A stretch of 56,794 bases of DNA from Acidimicrobiia bacterium. Its GTDB lineage: Bacteria > Actinomycetota > Acidimicrobiia > Spongiisociales > ZC4RG35. The notes under the pieces were generated by a model. The model had not been told where the DNA came from. It saw only the letters and a list, made by a program, of their open reading frames with translations, and did not search any database. Below, in pieces: positions 9,934 through 18,077 of this stretch. Numbering within the stretch: position 1 is the stretch's first letter; each line of letters begins with the position of its first letter. The stretch covers positions 1 through 56,794 of the forward strand of contig JBBDQP010000011.1 in NCBI GenBank assembly GCA_040905965.1, in the 5' to 3' direction. The translations under genes were made by a program, and so were the position numbers.

Positions 9934-9962
9934 ACCGTATCGAACAAACGTTCGATACGCAA
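9934..9962 (-). promoter_or_regulatory. LexA (SOS) operator embedded in a sigma-A-type promoter for imuA'-imuB
   Basis: The perfect palindrome TCGAACAAACGTTCGA at 9940-9955 matches the actinobacterial SOS box TCGAAC-N4-GTTCGA. On the minus strand it fills the 17-nt spacer between TTGCGT (-35, 9957-9962) and TACGGT (-10, 9934-9939). Confidence 0.8.
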
Positions 9963-10135
9963 GGGGACGACAGGAAGGACGAGTTGGGTCAAATACCCGC
10001 CATCGAGTGCTCGACCATCGCCGGCTCCTTGATCGTCAGCACCAGGCTGGCGATCGCGATCCACAGCCCAAGCACGAACGCCCCGATCCCCGCTGCCGCA
10101 CCACACCTCTGCAACATGTCGGGCGACGCGAAGTC

Positions 10136-11554
10136 TCAGTCTCCCGAGGCGTCGACCGAGGCTGACGTGTCGTCGGACTCAGGCTCCCGCTCGACAGGCG
10201 TGTCACTGGAATCCGGCTGTGCTGACTTGCCGCCGGTCCGAGAGCCGCGTCGGAACAGCCACCAGATGCCCAACGGGATCCAGAAGAACGGAATCACCGC
10301 CGCCACGAGGTAGACGAGCATCTGGAGGAGCATCACGAGCAACTCGAAGCTGCGTTCCAGACCATCCCCGAAACCGGGCACGCCTCCAGGATCCACGGCC
10401 GAAATCGAGATGGTGGAGGTATTGGCAACCGAGCGTCCGTCACGGACATTGCCGTCCTCGTCGACAGGCAGGGCGGTCACATTCGTCTGAGTACGCCAAC
10501 TCCGGTCGGCAGCGATATGCGCTGCCATGACGATCGACTCGCCCGGCTCGAGTACCTGATCCATATCGCCGAACACGGGAATCAGATCCTCCTCGGCCAC
10601 ATCGATCACCGGGTCGCGAAGTGTGAAGCCGGTGAGATCGGTATCCCCGACGTTGAAGATCTCGAAACAGACGGTGACATCCGTGCCCTGATCGACGGCG
10701 AGATCGCGGCGTCCAGGACAGGAGAGACCGTCGTCGTCGGTGCCGGAATAGGCGGTCACGTCCACCCGCACGGCCGGGCGCACGGAATTCTCGGTGACCG
10801 TCAGGGTGATCGTGGCGAGAGAGATTGCATCCTCGAGGGTCCGCAGCTGACCGCGCAACGTCTCGAGCTGGGTCTCGCGTTGCAGGAGTTGATTCTCGAG
10901 ATCAGCGATCGCGTCGATGTCCGTGGCTCCGTCCAGGAAGGCTCGGAGCCGCTCGACGCTTGCTTCCGCCGTTGTGATCCGGCTCTGGATGTCGACGACG
11001 CGTTCGGTCACGTCATCGGCGGAGACATTCTGACTGCGGAGTTCGCCGATCGACCCGAGGCGATCGAGCGCTTCCTGGAAGTCATCGGGGAACACCTTGA
11101 AGACAAGGGTGCTGCGTGGTTCCGGATCACCAGTTGTCTGCTGACCGAAGAGAAAACCGCCGAGGGACTGGATGCGTTGGGTGGCTTCCGTGGACGATGC
11201 GGCCACGTCATCGACTGCGACCGTCATGGTCGCCGTGAAAATAATGTCGCGCCCGAGATCAGCCGCAGTCTGAACAAGCGGAGGAGCGACCCCTCCCGAA
11301 CCGAGAGTGTCGCCGGTGTCCGAGTCTGTCGCTTCACTCTGCGGAGATTCGGCTCCGTCTTCCGCGAGGTTCTCCTCGGCCGCCATAGTCGTCACCGTCT
11401 GGTCGGCAGAAAGGAAGTCTCCGGAGGCGTCGTCGGAACCTCCTGACTCGCTGCTGTCGCCGCCGCTACAGGCGGCCGCAATCATTGCAAGCACCACCAG
11501 CCAGGCGAGCAGGCGTGCCGGGGATTGGAGCTTCGTCATGGTCGGTCCTCTCAC
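10136..11554 (-). CDS. DUF4349-family lipoprotein with an inserted DUF11/CARDB-like beta-sandwich domain and a C-terminal membrane anchor
   Basis: Lipoprotein signal LVVLAMIAAAC. The coiled-coil block FKVFPDDFQEALDRL...ERVVDIQSRITTAEASVERLRAF...LENQLLQRETQLETLRGQL is typical of DUF4349. An extra ~110 aa (VTVCFEIFNVGDTDLTGFTLRD) precede the C-terminal TM segments. Confidence 0.65.
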   Translation of the reverse strand: MRGPTMTKLQSPARLLAWLVVLAMIAAACSGGDSSESGGSDDASGDFLSADQTVTTMAAEENLAEDGAESPQSEATDSDTGDTLGSGGVAPPLVQTAADLGRDIIFTATMTVAVDDVAASSTEATQRIQSLGGFLFGQQTTGDPEPRSTLVFKVFPDDFQEALDRLGSIGELRSQNVSADDVTERVVDIQSRITTAEASVERLRAFLDGATDIDAIADLENQLLQRETQLETLRGQLRTLEDAISLATITLTVTENSVRPAVRVDVTAYSGTDDDGLSCPGRRDLAVDQGTDVTVCFEIFNVGDTDLTGFTLRDPVIDVAEEDLIPVFGDMDQVLEPGESIVMAAHIAADRSWRTQTNVTALPVDEDGNVRDGRSVANTSTISISAVDPGGVPGFGDGLERSFELLVMLLQMLVYLVAAVIPFFWIPLGIWWLFRRGSRTGGKSAQPDSSDTPVEREPESDDTSASVDASGD

Positions 11555-11603
11555 TCGACAGAGTTGGGACGTCCCGCGCCCGTAGATAGTTCCCCGGTCA
11601 TCC

Positions 11604-11660
11604 CCGCTTTTGGTCGCCAGAACGCTTCATCCATGTAGCGCCGGTTCGCTAAGAACGCGG
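11604..11660. repeat. AT-rich inverted-repeat element, family 1, copy C (diverged)
   Basis: ccgcttttggtcgccagaacgcttca... aligns with the reverse complement of copy B (cccgcttttggtcggcccagcgcttca...). The right half is more diverged. The element ends 1 nt before the fpg/nei stop codon (11662-11664). Confidence 0.55.
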
Positions 11661-11661
11661 G

Positions 11662-12561
11662 TCAGGGGGTGCGTTCTTCCAGGTCTTCGAGGGTGCGCGG
11701 CCAGTCGTCCTTGAGGAGGCGGCTGAGGGAGCGATCCGCCAGCAGCTTTCCGCCCGTCTGACAGGTGGCGCAGTAGTTGGTCTCGTTCGCGGCGTAAACG
11801 ATCCGCTGCACCTTCGACCCGCACCGCGGACAGGGTTCACCGAATTTGCCGTGGACCGCCATCTCCGGCCGGAAGGCCGTGACCTTGTCGGGCCAACCCT
11901 CTCCGACGGCCTCACGCAGGATGTCCGTCCAGCGAGTCAGTGACGCGCGCGTCGCGTCGTAGAGGGCGCCGATCTCGTCAAGGGTCAACTGCCCGGTGCG
12001 CTTCACGGGTGACATGCCGGCAGCCCAGAGGATCTCGTCCGAAAACGCATTGCCGATGCCGGACAGGATGCGCGGATCGGTCAACGCCCGTTTCAGGGTG
12101 CGGTTCTCCCTCGTGATCGCTGCCGTGAACTCGTCGAGAGAGACCTCCAGAGGCTCCGCCCCTCTCCGGTCTTCGGCTGCCGCGGCAGCAGCGTCTGCGA
12201 ACACCCATACGCCTGCCCGCCTCTTCGTCCCCTGTTCGGTGAGCAGCAACATCCCGTGATCAAAGTCCCAGGCGCACAGCCCTACCTTCTTGGGGATCAC
12301 CCCGCCCCGCTTGTCTGACCACTTCAGCCGACCGGCGATCATCAGGTGGATGACGAGTGCTTTCCCGTCGTCCAGATCCCATACGATCCGCTTGCCGATC
12401 CGCCGCAGACCCGTCACCGACGTCCCCACCACCGAGTCGTACGGGGGGTCGTAGGTCCGCAGCACCGACGGCGAGGCCACCCGGAACGCCCGAACGGTCT
12501 CCCCAGAGATGCGACGTTCCAACGCCTCGAGATAGACGACGATGTCGGGCAGTTCCGGCAC
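11662..12561 (-). CDS. Fpg/Nei-family DNA glycosylase / AP lyase
   Basis: N-terminal catalytic MPELPD and a C-terminal zinc finger CPRCGSKVQRIVYAANETNYCATCQ. 299 aa. Confidence 0.85.
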   Translation of the reverse strand: MPELPDIVVYLEALERRISGETVRAFRVASPSVLRTYDPPYDSVVGTSVTGLRRIGKRIVWDLDDGKALVIHLMIAGRLKWSDKRGGVIPKKVGLCAWDFDHGMLLLTEQGTKRRAGVWVFADAAAAAAEDRRGAEPLEVSLDEFTAAITRENRTLKRALTDPRILSGIGNAFSDEILWAAGMSPVKRTGQLTLDEIGALYDATRASLTRWTDILREAVGEGWPDKVTAFRPEMAVHGKFGEPCPRCGSKVQRIVYAANETNYCATCQTGGKLLADRSLSRLLKDDWPRTLEDLEERTP

Positions 12562-12571
12562 GGCTCGGACG

Positions 12572-13723
12572 CTACTGCAATGGGTCCCCGCCCACCGTGC
12601 GCAGATCGCTGGGTGGCAACGCCTCTCGACCCTCCTGCACGCCGACGACGATCAACCCTGACATGGTCAGACCGATTCCGGCAGCGAGCGCCAGACCTTC
12701 GAAACTCCCGCCATCGACGAACACACCGCCGACCCCCGGCCCGGCACTGCGCCCGAAAGCCATCAGCCCTTGGGCGTCCCCCGCTCGTTCGTCGGGCCGC
12801 AGCGACCGCGCTGCCAACATCTCCAGCACACCGGGAAGACCCATCCAGAAGGCAAGTCCCCACCACGCCAGACCCACATAGAACCAAAGAACCGAGCCGC
12901 CGAGCACGCTGAGGACCGCGGCCGGTCCGGCAGTCGCCAACCACACCCCGGGCCGGCGATGCCGCCCGGACAGCCGGGCGCCGACAAAACCCGCTGCGGC
13001 ATTCAGCGAGAACCCCAGCGAGGCCTCGAACGGCGTCATCCCGAGACGTTCCACTCCGATCACCGTCAGATACACGAATAGCCCGGCACCAGCGAACGTC
13101 AGGAGGAACAAGGCCCCCAGCAACACCCGGTTGGACCGCGAGCCACTCCGCTCTCCGGGCACCAGTCGCGTCCCGAAAGGGGGCAGTCTCAGGAACATCA
13201 CCGGCAGGGCAACGGCGGCAATGACAGCAAACACCGCCGCGTCCCCGAGGCCCACCAGCAGTCCGACGACGGGAGCCGCCACCAGCGCTGCCACCGGACC
13301 CACCGCCGACATCGCCGCCAGCGACCGGCGAGTCTCCATCGCCGCCGCCCAACCCAACCATGTGATCGTCCCGGCCGCCGCCCCTGCCACGACCCGGGTC
13401 CCCAACAGCGCCAGATACCCAGGAGCGAAGATCGAGGAGAGGTTGGCGACCACCAGCACACCGACGGCGGCACGGAACACGGACACCGAGGGCTGTGCGA
13501 ATCGTGGAATCAGCACGGTCGTCAGCGCGAAGGCACCAACCTGGACGGTGGAGTACAACCCGGCGTCACCCCGACCGACGTCATACCGGTCGGCGATCTC
13601 GGCGATCAGGAAGGGGGTGGCCGAGAACATGAACGTGACCGCGGCGGCAGACGCCAGCAGCGCCGGAGGGGCGCCACGGGTGAAGGCGGTCAGCGAACGG
13701 ATCGGGGCGAACACCGCCGACAT
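12572..13723 (-). CDS. MFS transporter
   Basis: Polytopic hydrophobic ORF of about 12 TM segments. I trimmed the start to the ATG at 13721-13723 (MSAVFAPIRSL...), because the track's N-terminal 69 aa run antisense through the RNase H gene. Confidence 0.75.
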   Translation of the reverse strand: MSAVFAPIRSLTAFTRGAPPALLASAAAVTFMFSATPFLIAEIADRYDVGRGDAGLYSTVQVGAFALTTVLIPRFAQPSVSVFRAAVGVLVVANLSSIFAPGYLALLGTRVVAGAAAGTITWLGWAAAMETRRSLAAMSAVGPVAALVAAPVVGLLVGLGDAAVFAVIAAVALPVMFLRLPPFGTRLVPGERSGSRSNRVLLGALFLLTFAGAGLFVYLTVIGVERLGMTPFEASLGFSLNAAAGFVGARLSGRHRRPGVWLATAGPAAVLSVLGGSVLWFYVGLAWWGLAFWMGLPGVLEMLAARSLRPDERAGDAQGLMAFGRSAGPGVGGVFVDGGSFEGLALAAGIGLTMSGLIVVGVQEGREALPPSDLRTVGGDPLQ

Positions 13724-14765
13724 GTTCGCATGCCAAGATCGGGCCGTGGCCAGAACTCGCGTGTACACCGATGGCGCCTGCTCCGGGAATCCCGGACCTG
13801 GTGGATGGGCATGGATCGTCCCGGACGGTCCCTTCGCGGCGGGGGCAGACCCGCAGACGACCAACCAGCGCATGGAACTGACCGCGGCTCTCGAAGCAGT
13901 CCGCGGCATCGACGGGCCGCTCGAGATCATTAGCGACTCGACCTACGTCGTGAACTGCTTCCGGGACCGCTGGTGGGAAGGGTGGATCACCCGAGGGTGG
14001 ACGAACAGCCAGCGCAAGCCGGTCGCCAACCGCGACCTGTGGGAGCCGCTCGTCGAGCTCTACCAGCAGAGAGACATCGTGTTCCGATGGGTGAAAGCCC
14101 ACGCCGGTGATCATTGGAACGGGATGGCCGACCGGCTGGCGGTCGAGGCGGCGTCCACCCAGGAGTCACGGCGGGGGCAGAAGACGCCACACGAGGTCGG
14201 TCCTCCCGACACTCCGAGGGTTCGACTGGCGTCTTCGTCGGAAGACCTGCCGGATGGCCGCTTCCTGGTCGTGATCGGACACCGGCCGCCCGAACTCGGG
14301 GGGTACGGGGACACCCCGCAGGCGAGAGCGATCAAACAGCGACTGGTCGACGTCATCGCCGCCAAGCGTTCGCTCCACCCTGACCTCGTCGTCCTGACCG
14401 CGATGAACCTGGGAACTGAGACGCTGGCTGCCGAAGCCGCGGACGAGGTGGCGGTCCCGTTCATTCCCGTTCTGGCCTACCCCGACTTCGATTCGGTCTG
14501 GACACCTGACTCCCAGGCGACCTTCAGACGGCTCGCCGCGGCGGCGGACCGAGTCGTCACGTTGCAGAAGAAGGCTCCAGAGAACCGGCAGAAGGCAGGA
14601 GCGGCCGCCGCCCGTCGGGATGGGTGGCTGTGTTCTCACGCCCACGAGGCGATCGCAATGTGGAACGGCGAGGACGGCCCCATCGGCAAGCAGGTGAGGT
14701 CGCTCGTCGACGAACTCGGCGAAGAGAACGTCTGGGTCATCGACCCGTCCGAAATCTCTCTCTGA
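13722..14765 (+). CDS. rnhA: Ribonuclease HI fused to a C-terminal YpsA/DUF1273-like (SLOG) domain
   Basis: RNase HI motifs are VYTDGACSGNPGPGGWAW, NQRMELTAALEAV, ISDSTYV and WNGMADRLA. The C-terminal ~190 aa carry VIGHRPPELGGY, LTAMNLGTETLAAEAA and WNGEDGPIG, resembling YpsA. The start is either the ATG at 13722 or the in-frame GTG at 13746. The track's 13131 start is a shadow extension. Confidence 0.8.
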   Translation: MFACQDRAVARTRVYTDGACSGNPGPGGWAWIVPDGPFAAGADPQTTNQRMELTAALEAVRGIDGPLEIISDSTYVVNCFRDRWWEGWITRGWTNSQRKPVANRDLWEPLVELYQQRDIVFRWVKAHAGDHWNGMADRLAVEAASTQESRRGQKTPHEVGPPDTPRVRLASSSEDLPDGRFLVVIGHRPPELGGYGDTPQARAIKQRLVDVIAAKRSLHPDLVVLTAMNLGTETLAAEAADEVAVPFIPVLAYPDFDSVWTPDSQATFRRLAAAADRVVTLQKKAPENRQKAGAAAARRDGWLCSHAHEAIAMWNGEDGPIGKQVRSLVDELGEENVWVIDPSEISL

Positions 14766-14816
14766 CGTCACCCGGACGCCGCATCCCGGACGTCCGTACA
14801 TCGAAAGGAGAAATCG

Positions 14817-15446
14817 ATGTACGACACGGAAACGCGAGCATCTGCTCAGACCACGGTCATCCAACGGCATCCGATCGTCTCGGGTGCGGTCCTCGGACTC
14901 GGCTGGGGCGTGGCGATGCGGGCCTGGATGCGCTTCATCAGCGCCGATCCGGAATTCAGTTGGTCAGGCACCCTGTTCATCCTCGGTGCCTCGGTCATCT
15001 GCGGGACGGTCCTCGGGTTGGCGTGGCATCGGCGAGCGGTCGGCGGGGCGGGGTGGTGGCGACTCAGCTTCGGGAGCCTGGCCCTCTTGGGAGCGGGCGG
15101 CGCGGTCATGTGGCCCGCTGTCATCCTGGGTGCGATCGCTCTCGGCCGCCCAAGACCGGCATGGCTCCGCGCACTGCTCGGCGTCGGAGCGATCGCCAGC
15201 CAGGTACCGGTCATCGGCGGGATCGCCGACAACTGGAGATTCGACGTCGGAGACGTCATCCTCGCCTCGGTCTGGTATGCGCCGATGTTGGCATTCGAGA
15301 TGTGGGCGTTTTCCGTCGCATTCCGGCCGTCGATCGACGGCAGCCGGCTTCCCGCGCGAATTCGGAATGTATTGATTGCCGCCGGAGTGCCGGTGGTGGG
15401 CCTCATCTTCCTCTCCACCGTCGGCTTTGGCGGCAGCGACATGTGA
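14817..15446 (+). CDS. Hypothetical integral membrane protein
   Basis: 209-aa ORF with about 6 hydrophobic segments. No recognisable motif. Confidence 0.5.
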   Translation: MYDTETRASAQTTVIQRHPIVSGAVLGLGWGVAMRAWMRFISADPEFSWSGTLFILGASVICGTVLGLAWHRRAVGGAGWWRLSFGSLALLGAGGAVMWPAVILGAIALGRPRPAWLRALLGVGAIASQVPVIGGIADNWRFDVGDVILASVWYAPMLAFEMWAFSVAFRPSIDGSRLPARIRNVLIAAGVPVVGLIFLSTVGFGGSDM

Positions 15447-15489
15447 ACGAGCGGCGGTAGCCTGCCCCGATGACACTGACGGACCGACA

Positions 15490-16257
15490 GTGAGGGGCCT
15501 CGAGGATCGGGTCGTCGTCGTCACCGGCGGTGGCGGCGGTATCGGCTCGGCGACATGTGTTCGATTCTCCTCCGAAGGTGCGAAGGTGGCCGTCCTCGAT
15601 CTCTCCGAGACCGCAGCCGCCGCAGTCGCCGATGCCATCACCGCTGCGGGCGGCACCGCCCGCGGATATCAATGCGACATCACCGATCGAAGTCATGTCG
15701 ACTCGGCCCTGGAGGCGATCACAAGAGATCTAGGACCGGTTGACATCCTGGTCAACAACGCCGGATGGGACGTGTTCAAGCCGTTCGCAGACACCCATCC
15801 TGACGAGTGGCGGCGACTGATCGACGTGAATCTGATCGGCCCCCTCAACGTCACCCACACCGTTCTCGCCGGTATGGCCTCGCGACAATTCGGACGAGTC
15901 GTCTTCGTCGCATCCGACGCTGCTCGAGTGGGCTCGTCGGGTGAGGCGGTGTATGCGGCGTGCAAAGCAGGGATGCTCGGCCTGTCGAAGACGCTCGCCC
16001 GAGAGCATGCCAGGGACGGAATCACGTTCAACGTCGTGTGCCCCGGGCCGACCGACACCGCCCTTCTGGACGGGGTCACTGCAAGCGCGTCGAATCCCGA
16101 CAAGCTTCGAGAAGCGTTTCGCCGGGCAATTCCGCTCGGACGAATCGGCGAACCCGAGGACCTTCCCGGCGCAATCTGTTTCTTCGCTTCGGACGACGCC
16201 GCCTTCATCACAGGACAGGTCCTGAGCGTCTCGGGCGGCCTGACGATGGTGGGCTGA
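15490..16257 (+). CDS. SDR-family oxidoreductase (FabG-like)
   Basis: VVVVTGGGGGIGSA cofactor motif, NNAG, catalytic Y-x3-K (YAACKAG), PGPTDT. I chose the GTG start at 15490 (VRGLEDRVVVVTGG). Confidence 0.85.
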   Translation: MRGLEDRVVVVTGGGGGIGSATCVRFSSEGAKVAVLDLSETAAAAVADAITAAGGTARGYQCDITDRSHVDSALEAITRDLGPVDILVNNAGWDVFKPFADTHPDEWRRLIDVNLIGPLNVTHTVLAGMASRQFGRVVFVASDAARVGSSGEAVYAACKAGMLGLSKTLAREHARDGITFNVVCPGPTDTALLDGVTASASNPDKLREAFRRAIPLGRIGEPEDLPGAICFFASDDAAFITGQVLSVSGGLTMVG

Positions 16258-16278
16258 CCCGCCACTACTCTCGGCCGG

Positions 16279-17952
<1,674 letters not shown>

Positions 17953-17954
17953 AG

Positions 17955-18010
17955 CCGCTTTTGGTACGCGTAGCGCACTGTTTTTGAAGCGCTGGGCCGA
18001 CCAAAAGCGG
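17955..18010. repeat. AT-rich inverted-repeat element, family 1, copy B (inverted relative to A and C)
   Basis: Perfect 11-bp terminal inverted repeats CCGCTTTTGGT (17955-17965) and ACCAAAAGCGG (18000-18010) flank the 36-nt core shared with copy A. The element begins 3 nt after the ettA stop. Confidence 0.75.
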
Positions 18011-18024
18011 GAATGGACAAAAGC

Positions 18025-18058
18025 GACGACACCCACCTCGGTCGAGGTGGGTGTCGTC
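18025..18058. terminator. Strong hairpin between convergent ettA and pnp (bidirectional terminator candidate)
   Basis: gacgacacccacctcg / cgaggtgggtgtcgtc form perfect complementary 16-nt arms separated by 2 nt. There is no clear U-tract. Confidence 0.55.
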
Positions 18059-18077
18059 TGAGCTGGGGATTGTTCAG

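Noticed and set aside
9753-10106. 117-aa minus-strand ORF across the imuA' promoter region
   Set aside because: It runs through the LexA box and promoter and overlaps the imuA' 5' end in another frame. It has no motifs.
12414-13361. 315-aa minus-strand ORF and the 13131-13721 upstream extension of the RNase H ORF
   Set aside because: Both overlap the MFS transporter gene in alternative frames or on the other strand and are Gly/Arg/Pro-rich. The RNase HI domain only begins near 13750.
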